64,000 bases of DNA, taken from Eledone cirrhosa. Lineage: Eukaryota. Both the position numbers and the translations under genes were made by a program. The notes beneath the pieces were generated by a model. It saw only the letters and a list, made by a program, of their open reading frames with translations, ran no database searches and was not told the DNA's origin. The stretch is taken from NCBI GenBank assembly GCA_964016885.1, contig OZ024741.1, positions 298,344,001-298,408,000 of the forward strand, in the 5' to 3' direction. Positions 42,839 through 55,200 of the stretch are shown here, piece by piece (the stretch's first letter is position 1; each line of letters starts with the position of its first letter).

Positions 42839-43473
42839 GAACGCAGAAGTAAATATTTCAAATAACGTTGCAACCGAAGGAAGACAGGAAGACGATACTT
42901 TAGTTCGTGGAAACGTTCCCTGGCAAAGAACGAAAAAAACCCCGAAAATAATACGTCATTATTTGGTGCAGTGAAAACAATTACACGCGAAGACAAAACC
43001 ACGTTTATGGTATAAATGAAGTCGTAGACTAATATTCTATTAGGTGGTTCATGGAGATGTTCTCTGGCAATGAACGGAAAAAAACGAAGATAATACGTAA
43101 TATGTGGAGCAATGAGAACAATTACACGCAAAGACAAAACCACGTAAATGGTATAACTGAGGTCGTAGACTAACATTCTATTTAGGAAACTGAATGATTC
43201 TCGGCTTCAAAGTTAAGAATAAAGTAAATAAAATACAGAGGTAATTGAAATTAAATATATACATACACGCATCCACATACGTACATACAGAAGCATACGC
43301 GTAACCACTCACCATGGGTATGCAAATACAAGCACGTACACAAAAAAAAACAAAAAACAAAACAAAGAAAAAACACACACATGCACATACAGAACCCACG
43401 CAACGCCTGTACCGCACACATACGAACGTATACACCAAATACACATAAAAAATAAATAAAAACATATATATAC

Positions 43474-43516
<43 letters not shown>

Positions 43517-46363
43517 CGCGTGTGCGCGCGCGCGTGTATACATAATTAAATAAACGTATATAAATATACACACATAAATACGTATACAACGCACGCACAC
43601 ACATACCCACATGTAAAGACACATATGTTCGCGGACGTACGTCAACCAAAACACAAAGTACACATATACACACACCCTACATACGTACGAACCCGCATAC
43701 TCACACAGACGCAAAACTCCCGTAATCACATAACCAAATGCACATGTACCAGTATATATAATATATACGCCAATAACATATACAAGCAAATATACATACG
43801 AGAAAATATACGTACCTTCACAAAACATACAGGTAATATATACTTACCTATACGAATAAGTAATGGTATTAACATAACATATACTTAGCTACCACATCAA
43901 GACGTAAAATATCCGCGTATAGTTCGTACTATCCGTTAGGGTATAATGTGGGGCTGTAATACAGGAAAATTTTATGCAATTTATGTTTACAAGCCGAAAT
44001 TACCTCAGATTTTTTGTTTAAGATGTGGTCTTTGGCGTAGAGTATTTCCAGGGCCTCAGCGGCGCAGAGGTCACATGGTCTTTTATTTCCGTTATACGAT
44101 CTAGCCTTAGTTAGGACCTCCCAGTGTAACTTATATTGGGTGTGGTTGTCTTTAGGCTCCAGATATAAGATGAAAGTGACGTCATATTCCTTCTTAAAGG
44201 GTTAAGAAAAGAATGGGTATGCATGTAAAGACGCTGCTTGAATCTATTGGCGGTTAACCCTATGTAGGCCCTACGGGACGTGGGTGTTTCAACCTTACAT
44301 TTGTAGACAATGTTACTAGAGAGGCATTTCTCGGATAGGTGGAAATCAACCCGATTCCTATAATTACAGTTAGTACTAGCTACAGGGTTGCACGTGTTCC
44401 TACGGCTAGGTAATTTAGCTAAATTTGAGGCTGTGATGTTATGTGCAAGGTTAGGAGTCGTAGAGTAAGATATTTTAATAGTATTTCTATTAAACATTTT
44501 ACTATATTTATGTGCTGGGGTGAAATGCTTCACAATAAGGGAGAGAAAAATCTTAGCTAAAGGTGAGGCCACCTCCATATTATATGGTGGGTTATACCAT
44601 ATAATGCGTCGGGATCTATTTTTCCTAGGTCTATTCTCGTACTCTGTATAAGCTACGTTATCGACAAATCCACTCCGAGCAAGAGCTTCATTGTAATATG
44701 TGAAATGGTCGTTGAAAATATACTCGTTTGTAGATAGACGGGAAAGCCTCAAAGAAGCGTTTCTTACCAGGTTCTTGGTTATGTTGGCAGGATGGTTAGA
44801 GTGCTTACTTATATAATTAAGCGTATCATTCGGCTTTCTATACGGGTAGTGCAAGCCATTCGACAAATCGAGGGTAACGTCGAGGTAATTAACGACCGAG
44901 AGGTTGGCCTCAACCTGTATGGAGAGGTTGAAGCCTTTAAAGAAGGCTGTGAGTTCTTTTCTGAACCTGTCGGAAGCACGTGGGCCGCACTTTGTCATGG
45001 TCAAAAGACCGTCATCACGGTACAAACCACCGCCCACGTTGGGGGATTTTCTTCCTTGATAGAGAAAAGAAGGAAAAGGCCGATAAGACCAGTAACCTCC
45101 GCAGAATCGCTGGCGTCCATACTCACGTCGAATGGGGTACTATTAGATTTTTTAATCCAAATAGATTCGTCGAAATTAATCACCGACTTACGGGCATTTA
45201 GGAAAACATAAACTTCGAAATCGTTAACCACTATGAGTGTTTTAGCGAAATTGATAGTTCTAAGGAGAAGTGGTAAAGTGATGGAGGAGTAGCAATTATT
45301 GATGTCGAATTGGATAAAACGGCAATGTTCCTTGTTACATATACCGTTGAACCAATCAATCACCGCGAAAAAATTGTTCCACAGTGCACGAGGGGCCAAA
45401 CTTCTAATTTCAGGTATAATCCTATCTAAAATCCTTTTACTAAGTCTACCTAAATCGGACTTCGTAGAGTTAATAAGCCGAATAGAGGAGTTGTTCGGAA
45501 AATTGGATTTGTGATCCTTCAGGGTAAAGTGGGGAGAAATAGGGTCCAGAGGTTTGGTCCGGCCCAGGATGTTGAGATCAGAGGTGATATTAAACCCAGC
45601 ATCGTTGATTCCATTAATGACGCCCCGATTAGTTTTACGGTAATCCTTAGTTACAGCATTATGTAGCAGTTGATGGTAAGTACTGCGCTCCACTTGATAT
45701 AGATTGCCAGTTTTGTCGGAATGGACGTGCACGGCATTAGAATCCTTAATAGAACGAATTCTATTCTTCAGGTGCTGCTGGAAGGAATTGCTCCTATTCC
45801 GAAATTTGATACTCCGTATGAGTTCCAAGACATCATTTTCGAATGGTAGCAATGCTGGGTTACTCGGAGGGTTATTATAGGTTTTAAACCCAAAGTTATC
45901 CTGTTTGTTGTCTGCTTTTCTCTTCTCTGATTATTAAAATAAAAGGCACGCCAACGTAACCTTTTAATGAACGCGTCAGTTTTCTGTATCAGGAGTTTTA
46001 GGTATGTTTTCCTGCTTGGTACGGGTATGTTCTTTGTAGAAATATTCAGATGTTGTTTCTGCATAATGAATATAAGTCAATAGAGGAAGCCAAATAGTAA
46101 TAATAATAAATTGGAAGACTAAAAACCGTTCATTGCCAGAGAACGTCTCCATGAACCACCTAATAGAATATTAGTTTACGACTTCATTTATACCATAAAC
46201 GTGGTTTTGTCTTCGCGTGTAATTGTTTTCATTGAATCAAATAATGACGTATTATCTTCGTTTTTTCCCCGTTATTTGCCAGGGAGCGTTTCCACGAACC
46301 AAAGTATCGTCTTCCTGTCTTCCTTCGGTTGCAACGTTTTTTGAAATATTTACTTCTGCGTTC

Positions 46364-46439
46364 ACAGATTGACTTTTTTAGTTTCAGAAGATCGCGTTAA
46401 GGGTGAAAGCAGTGATTCTTTGCTTAAACTTTAATCTGT
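46364..46439 (+). ncRNA. Hammerhead-like motif with U4A core (family G, inverted copy)
   Basis: Same motif as 42763-42838. CAGAAGA is present in both copies. Confidence 0.55.
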
Positions 46440-46538
46440 TATTTTAATAAATATTTGCTCTACGGTTCTTATATATCTGATATATATTTATCCTTATCGA
46501 GCTTATCTTTGGATTTTAGTCTTCAAATTTATTATTAT

Positions 46539-46693
<155 letters not shown>

Positions 46694-46882
46694 TAATAAG
46701 CACATCAAACAATTACAGGGGATAATTTGTGAAGAGTGTAAATACACATAGTTACGGAGGTAACATATTAAAAATTAAAAGTTAAACAAGAACCTTGAAT
46801 ATATCATCCTACTTTTAATTTAATATATATATATATATAAGTTAAAACAATGAAATAAAAATTTAAGTCATTAGGAATATAC

Positions 46883-47028
46883 TTCACTGCTTTACGATCG
46901 TTTCTAGGTGATAATAATACATCGTACGCATATTTCGTTATCGATCTATGTAATGTTAGTTACAAAATATCAAATAAGGAATATATTTACCTACATGTAT
47001 ATCATCAGCCGTTGTCAAAAGCAATGAA
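46883..47028 (-). ncRNA. Hammerhead family B relative with U3-A8 core, in an isolated PLE 3' end (about 46840-47450)
   Basis: ttcattgctt TTGACAA cggctgatga...ttatcaccta GAAA cgatcg TA aagcagtgaa. Stem I covaries relative to 35397-35551. Confidence 0.72.
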
Positions 47029-47474
47029 CATTTTATTCAAAATCAATAGCAATTGAGTTCTATGACCTTATTTGGAGGTAGCTGAAGAACAAACCAATCA
47101 AATGGTGTTTTGCCATATGATGTTAAGACAAAATATAATTCACTTTAGTAAAGGTCGTGACCTTTTGAAAGGAATGGTTGAATGGTGTTAAAAATAGAAT
47201 TACTATGAAGAACCTATGAAGAAAAGGGATTGTTATATTGATAGTGAAATGTAGATGGTGGAGTGAAGTTTAAAAAGGGATGTAAAAATTAAATGTTGAG
47301 TTGTGTTGTATGGGGTTTTTAGGTGAATATAAATAAAGAAATATAAAATATACGGAAATAACTAGGATAAATATAGATAGGTAAAGTAATGGTCATAACC
47401 AGGAAGGTTAGTATATTAAAAGATGAAAATTATAATAAGATAATAAAATACAATAATATAATAAAATAATATAA

Positions 47475-47842
47475 TTGTTTCTAATTTAGGCAAAAGGCCA
47501 GCAATTACCCAGTGCATTACTGGTACTTTATTTTATCGACCCCGTAAGGATGAAAGGCAAAGTCAACCTCGGCGGGATTTGAACTCAGATCGTAAAGGGA
47601 CGTAACTATGCTGGAAAGCATATATATAATATATAATATATAATAATATAATATAATTGTTTCTACTTTAGGCACAAGGCCAGCAATTGCCCAGTGCATT
47701 ACTGGTACTTTATTTTATCGACCCCGTAAGGATGAAAGGCAAAGTCAACCTCGGCGGGATTTGAACTCAGGTCGTAAAGGGACATAACTATGCTGGAAAG
47801 CATGGCGTCCGACCCTCTACCAATACTGCCAATCCACCGCCC
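47475..47842 (-). mobile_element. Nin-like SINE with 180-bp tandem duplication of its 3' part
   Basis: 47475-47621 recurs at 47655-47801. Confidence 0.85.
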
Positions 47843-48137
47843 TTATATAATGTAATATAATATGGTACCGTATGGTACATTGTATATAGTATAATATAAC
47901 GTATGATGTATAATAAAATATAAGATAGTAAATATTTTCAAGTGGATCAATGTATAAGTAATCAATCCCAGATAAATGCATGTTGACATATAGCCAAAAC
48001 GCATAATTTTCTTAGATCACAAAAGTACATATACTCACATATATAGATAGAGGTATAATTACATAGAAACTCCATTAAAAGCATACATACGCATACATAG
48101 ATATATGCATATACATATACATATACATACATACACG

Positions 48138-48177
<40 letters not shown>

Positions 48178-48474
48178 CATATACATACATATATACATAT
48201 ACACATATATACATGTACATACACATACACACACACATACACATTTACACACACCCACACATATATATATATATTCTCTTATCATACATACATAGATACA
48301 TGTATACCCATGCAATAACAGGTGGTTATGTAACTTGATGCCCTTAGTCAGTAACGCATGAATCAATGGAAGCTAAACAATTAAAAGGTTAAAAAATTAA
48401 CAGGAAGGCGTATAATTAGGAGAAGGGGATACTAACAAAAAGGTACGTCACAGAGCTATAGTGAGCTGTTATTT

Positions 48475-48628
48475 AGAATGTTGCTTTGTAGCATAGAGTT
48501 ACAGCCCTTTATGGTCTGAGTTCAAATCCCGCCGAGGTTAACTTTGCCTTTCATCCTTACGGGGTCGATAAAATAAAGTACCAGTAATGTACTGGGTAAT
48601 TGCTGGCCTTGTGACTAAAGTAGAAACA
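48475..48628 (+). mobile_element. Nin-like SINE, 5'-truncated
   Basis: Same central domain and tail as the other copies. Confidence 0.8.
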
Positions 48629-49075
48629 ATTATTATTATATTATAGTTTAGATTTGACATTTTGAGAGAGTTTAGAGATACAACAACAATAATTATTATG
48701 GTGTTGTTGTTAGCTGTTTGACCGGGTCACTAAATCAGTCTATTTATATCTTTTTGTGACTTCCTCGCTTCTAGTAATGCGTAGGGGCACTACTACTATC
48801 TCTCTCTCTTAACAGGAGGTAGTGAGGGAATGGTGGTGGTAGCAATGATGCAGTGGTGACGGTGGTGATGGGATAGTAGTACTGTAGTGATGGTGTTGTT
48901 GCAGCTGTTGGTTTGTATCTAGCTAAATTTTTTGTGGTAGTGGTGGTGGCGGCGGCGGTGGTGGTTTGGTGGTGAAATTATTTGGCTGTTGTTTTCTTCC
49001 ATTTGTGACCATTTACAACCATTTTCTTTTTTGACTATAACATTTCTGATATAAAATTAAATTATTATTATTATT

Positions 49076-52000
49076 GAGTCTCAGTCATTGATGTTATTTA
49101 ACTGGAAAGTTTGTTGAAATGAATATCAAGCCACTACCTGCAGCCACAGATATTCAGGATGTATCGGAGGGTTCTTGCTGTTCCCAGCAAGCATGCCGTT
49201 TGAAGTGTTCCAAAAAGCGGGGCTGGACTAATTTTCTTTAACCATCCTTGGAAACTCTTTGAGATAGTACCTAGTGCGCCTATGACACTTTGACTTCATG
49301 GCAGTTCCAAATCCTTCTTACCTCCCATATTAAGTCCTGGTATCGGTTAATTTTCTCCATCTCCTTCTCTTGCACTCTCGTGTCGAATGGGCAGGCCACA
49401 TCCACAATCAGGCACGATCTTTTTTCTTTGTCCAAAACCACCAGGTCAGGTCTATTGTGTTCCAGTTTCTTGTCCGTCTGTATCCTAAAATCCCACAGCA
49501 CCTTCGCCTGATCGTTTTCTATCACCGACTCTGGCTTATGCTCATACCACTTCTCAGAATGTGGTAAATTGTTTACTTTGTATAGGTGCCAGTGGATCAC
49601 CCTGCCCATCACATCATGTCTCCAGCCTTTATAGTGAGTCTGGGCTAGGTGTTTACACTCGGATACAATGTGAGCCACAGTCTCCTCTCTCTCTCCACAG
49701 ATCCTACACAGTAGGCTAGCCTCCTCCTTGTAAATATGGTGTTTCACCCACTTCGTTTTGAGGGCCTGCTCTTGCGCAGCCATTAGCATTCCTTCTGTAG
49801 CCTTTTTAAGGTCTCCTCTTTTCAACCAGTTCCATGTCTGTGGATCTCTGAATTCAGTTTTCTCAAAGAAGGTACTATGAAGGGATTTTTCCTGAAGGTT
49901 GCTCTTCCTCCTTGTTGTTATTTCCTCCTTGGACATATCTGGTCTGTGGTCCTCTCCTTCAGTACAATTCTGAGCATTGGCTCCCTACTGTCAGTCACGT
50001 ATTTGTGTAGGTTGTTTTTCTCCATTTGGACACAGTCCTCTATGCTGATAAGACCTCTTCCACCTTCAGATCTCCTTAAGTAGAGTCTATCGACATCACT
50101 CCTCTTGTGGAACATGTTGTAGATAGTCAATAGCTTCCTAGTCTTCATATCCATTTCTTTTTGTTCAGCAACATTCCATCTCAGAATTCCCGCACTGTAC
50201 CTAATAATAGACACAGCTCGGGAATTTACTGCACTTATGGCATTCCTACTGTTCAGATGTGACTTTAATACGCTCCTTACGCTCCGAAGGCATTCAGTTC
50301 TTATCAATTCCTTCATTTTTTTGTTCTTGATGTCATCAGCCTCCAGAACGCCCAAATACTTGTATCCTTCCTCAGAGTCAATTTCCTTTATCATCTCACC
50401 TGTTGGTATCTGGATCCCGTTACTTCTGCTCAACCTACCCCTCTTCATCACGATGACTCCACATTTACCAATACCAAACTGCATACATATATCACTGCTG
50501 AAAATACGGACAGTGTCAACAAGCACATCCAACTCCTTCTCACTTTTCCCGAAGAGCTTAAGATCGTCCATGAAGAGGAGGTGATTGATGGTAAGCTCTC
50601 CCCTTCCCAACTTGTATCCTGCTCTCACTTTTCGCAGCATAATGGTCAAGGGCATCAGGGCAAGGACAAACAACAGAGGGGACAGGCTATCTCCCTGGAA
50701 GATACCTCTCTTGATCTTCACGCTTCCCAAGGATACTCCAGTTGATGTCAACTCTGTCTCCCAGGACCCCATACTCCTGCCTAGCAACTGTCTGATGTTA
50801 TCTGCCACCCTGAAGATCTCCAGGCTTTTGGTGATCCAGGAATGAGGCACCATGTCAAATGCCTTTCTGTAGTCTATCCATCCCATGGCAAGATCAGTGT
50901 GTCTCCTCCTGCAATTCCCCATTACCATCTTATCAATAAGTAACTGGTCCTTTGTACCACGTGACTTCTTTCGGCATCCTTTCTGTTCGTCCGGTAACAA
51001 GTTGTTTGTGTGGAGGTGATGGTAGATTTCCTCAGACACAATGCTCGTCAACAGTTTCCACATTACGGACAGACATGTGATAGGTCTATAGTTGGTAACA
51101 TCATTACCCTTGATTCGGTCTTTCATTATCAGAACTGTGGTACCTTTTGTCAACCACTCTGGCACCTCACCCGACACCAAGCAGTCATTGAACATGGCCG
51201 TCAGCTTCGGGTGGAGGGATGTTAAATGTTTAATCCAATACCCCTGCACACCATCTGGGCCTGGTGATTTCCAGTTGGTTAGTTTTTTGGCCTGCCCCTT
51301 AAGAGTTTCAACTGTGATACTCAAATCAGTTTGTTGTTGTGCCTGCTCACCGATCTCCCTCTGTACTGTCTCAATCCACACTGCCTGGGCATTGTGTCTA
51401 ACATCCTGCTCCCATATTCCTCTCCAGAATGTTTTAGTTTGCTCCGCCCCAGGGATCAAGTCGTTGCCTCTTTCTTTCCCCTCAAGCTGTCCAAACAGCA
51501 TCTTCTGGTTGTTGTCGAACATGCGGTTCTGTTTATACTGACTGACTCTGTTCTCGTATCGCCTGATTTTTGCACTCTTTGCTACAATGCGTTGCTTCAG
51601 TTCCTCTATGATAATATTTAGCTTTTTCCTCCTAGTTTTGTATTTTATTTCCAGTCTATTTTTAGTGCCTATGTTTTTTAGTGTCCCATTCAGTAGTGAC
51701 TCAAGCTTTCCTATGTCATTTCTCATTTCCCCGATTTGCCCACTCAGTCGCTTCTTCCACCACGGCTCTGCTCTTTCTTGTCTGTTGTTTCCTCTCGCTT
51801 TTATACCAAGTAGTTTCCTCACCGTATTTGCTGTTGCTTTGAGGATATTGTTGCACTGGTGAAGGATCCTCGCCTCAAGGTATGGGATGACTTTGTTTAC
51901 CTTAGCTGTTGTTTCTTTTAACTTTTTCCTGTCTACAAATCTTAGGTTCATAGGTCTCCCACTATCATTGTTCAATTCATCTACCACTAAATTTAGGATG

Positions 52001-52184
52001 TCAACCGAATCTTGTCCTAGCCCGTTAGCATTCATCTCCTCAGTGGCCGTATCTCTGTTCCAGGTATTATTTATCTCAGTATTCAGATCATTGTCTGCTT
52101 CGGGTGGTTCCTCCGTTCTCAGGACCTCCTCACCTTCATTTCCCACTGGCTCGCTTGTCTGGCATACTACACCCGCCATCTCCA
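49076..52184 (-). mobile_element. 5'-truncated, frameshifted second copy of the R4/Dong-like LINE
   Basis: ORFs 52185-49918 and 49936-49280 align to the 1130-aa protein. (TAA)n lies on both sides. Confidence 0.95.
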
Positions 52185-52185
52185 A

Positions 52186-52257
<72 letters not shown>

Positions 52258-52269
52258 GTTATTGTTATT

Positions 52270-55200
52270 CCTTGAATCTCAGTCATTGATGTTGGTTAAC
52301 TGGAAAGTCCGTTGGATTGAATATCAAGCCACTACCTGCAGCCTCAGATATTCAGGACGTATCGGAGGGTTCTTGCTGTTCCAAGCAAGCATGCCTTTTG
52401 AAGCGTTCCAAAAAGCGTGAAGGGGCCGATTTTCTTTAACCATCCCTGGAAACCTTTGGAGATAGTCCCCAGTGCGCCTATGACAATCGGGATCACTTTG
52501 ACTTCATGGCAGTTCCAAATCCTTTTCACCTCCCACTTTAAGTCCTGGTATCGGTTAATTTTCTCCCTCTCCTTCTCCTGCACTCTCGTGTCGAACGGGC
52601 AGGCCACATCCACAATCAGGCACGATCTTTTTTCTTTGTCCACAACCACCAGGTCAGGTCTATTGTGTTCCAGTTTTTTGTCCGTCTGTATCCTAAAATC
52701 CCACAGCACCTTCACCTGACTGTTCTCCATCACCGCCTCTGGCCTATGCTCATACCATTTCTCAGAATGTGGTAGATTGTTTACTTTGCACAGGTGCCAG
52801 TGGATCACCCTGCCCATCACATCGTGTCTCCAGCCCTTATAGTGGGTCTGGGCTAGGTGTTTACACTCGGACACAATGTGAGCCACAGTCTCCTCTCTCT
52901 CTCCACAGATCCTGCACAGTGGGCTAGCCTCCTCCTTATAGATATGGTGCTTCAACCACTTCGTTTTGAGGGCCTGCTCCTGCGCAGCCATTAGCATTCC
53001 TTCTGTAGCCTTTTTGAGGTCTCCTCTTCTCAACCAGTTCCATGTCTGTGGATCTCTAAATTCAGTTTTCTCAAAGAAGGTACTATGAAGGGATTTTCCC
53101 TTAAGGCTGCTCTTCCTCCTTGATGTTATTTCCTCCTTGGACATCCCCTGGCCTACTGTCCCCTCCTTCAGTACAGTTCTGAGCATTGGCTCCTTACTAT
53201 AGGTCACGTATTTGTATAGGTTGTTTTTCTCCATCTGAACACAGTCCTCTATGCTGATAAGACCTCTTCCACCCTCAGATCTCCTTAGGTAGAGTCTATC
53301 GACATCACTCCTCTTGTGGAACATGTTGTAGATAGTCAATAGCTTCCTAGTCTTCCTATCCATTTCTTTTTGTTCAGCAACATTCCATCTCAGAATTCCC
53401 GTACTGTACCTAATAATAGACACAGCTCGGGAATTTACTGCGCTTATAGCATTTCTGCTGTTCAGATGTGACTTCAATACGCTCCTTACTCTCCGAATGT
53501 ATTCAGTTCTTAACAATTCCTTCATTTTTTTGTTCTTTATGCCATCAGCCTCCAGAACGCCCAAATACTTGTATCCTTCCTCAGAGTCAATTTCCTTTAT
53601 CATCTCACCTGTTGGTATCTGGATCCCGTTACATCTGCTCAACCTACCCCTCTTCATCACAATGACTCCACATTTACCAATACCAAACTGCATACATATA
53701 TCACTGCTGAAAATACGGACAGTGTCAACAAGCACATCCAACTCCTTCTCACTTTTCCCGAAGAGCTTAAGATCGTCCATGAAGAGGAGGTGATTGATGG
53801 TAAGCTCTCCCCTTCCCAACTTGTATCCTGCTCTCACTTTTCGCAGCATAATGGTCAAGGGCATCAGGGCAAGGACAAACAACAGAGGGGACAGGCTATC
53901 TCCCTGGAAGATACCTCTCTTGATCTTCACGCTTCCCAAGGATACTCCAGTTGATGTTAACTCTGTCTCCCAGGACCCCATACTCCTGCCCAGCAACTGT
54001 CTGATGTTATCTGCCACCCTGAAGATCTCCAGGCTTTTGGTGATCCAGGAATGAGGCACCATGTCAAATGCCTTTCTGTAGTCTATCCATCCCATGGCAA
54101 GATCAGTGTGTCTCCTCCTGCAATTCCCCATTACCATCTTATCAATAAGCAACTGGTCCTTTGTACCACGTGACTTCTTTCGGCATTCTTTCTGTTCGTC
54201 CGGTAACAAGTTGTTTGTGTGGAGGTGATGGTAGATTTCCTCAGACACAATGCTCGTCAACAGTTTCCACATTACGGGCAGACATGTGATAGGTCTATAG
54301 TTGGTAACATCATTACCCTTGATTCGGTCTTTCATTATCAGAACTGTGGTACCTTTTGTCAACCACTCTGGCACCTCACCCGACACCAAGCAGTCATTGA
54401 ACATGGCCGTCAGCTTCGGGTGGAGGGATGTTAAATGTTTAATCCAATACCCCTGCACACCATCTGGGCCTGGTGATTTCCAGTTGGTTAGTTTTTTGGC
54501 TTGCCCCTTAAGAGTTTCAACTGTGATACTCAAATCAGTCGGTTGTTGTGCCTGCTCACCGATCTCCCTCTGTACTGTCTCAATCCACCCTGCCTGGGCA
54601 TTGTGTCTAACATCCTGCTCCCATATTCCTCTCCAGAATGTTTTAGCTTGTTCCGCCCCAGGGATCAAGTCGTTGCCTCTTTCTTTCCCCTCAAGCTGTC
54701 CAAACAGCATCTTCTGGTTGTTGTCGAACATGCGGTTCTGTTTATACTGACTGACTCTGTTCTCGTATCGCCTGATTTTTGCACTCTTTGCTACAATGCG
54801 TTGCTTCAATTCCTCTATGATAATATTTAGCTTTTTCCTCCTAGTTTTGTATTTTATTTCCAGTCTATTTTTAGTGCCTATGTTTTTTAGTGTCCCATTC
54901 AGTAGTGACTCAAGCTTTCCTATGTCATTTCTCATTTCCCCGATTTGCCCACTCAGTCGCTTCTTCCACCACGGCTCTGCTCTTTCTTGTCTGTTGTTTC
55001 CTCTCGCTTTTATACCAAGTAGTTTCCTCACCGTATTTGCTGTTGCTTTGAGGATATTGTTGCACTGGTGAAGGATCCTCGCCTCAAGGTATGGGATGAC
55101 TTTGTTTACCTTAGCTGTTGTTTCTTTTAACTTTTTCCTGTCTACAAATCTTAGGTTCATAGGTCTCCCACTATCATTGTTCAATTCATCTACCACTAAA

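Larger units (their letters stand above)
42753..46520 (-). mobile_element. Near full-length Penelope-like element (Naiad-like) with inverted pLTRs and frameshifts
   Basis: ORFs 46064-45768, 45852-45001 and 45037-44111 carry STKNIPVPS, SDKTGNLY, TLKDHK..F...IRLIN, QFDI, GGLYRDDGL, WYNPPY and VYKC..YIGLT. 42753-43080 is inverted at 46122-46450. Confidence 0.92.

Noticed and set aside
44000-46064. Selenocysteine (in-frame TGA) recoding as reported for some Naiad PLEs
   Set aside because: The breaks I could trace are frameshifts, not TGA codons at conserved Cys positions.
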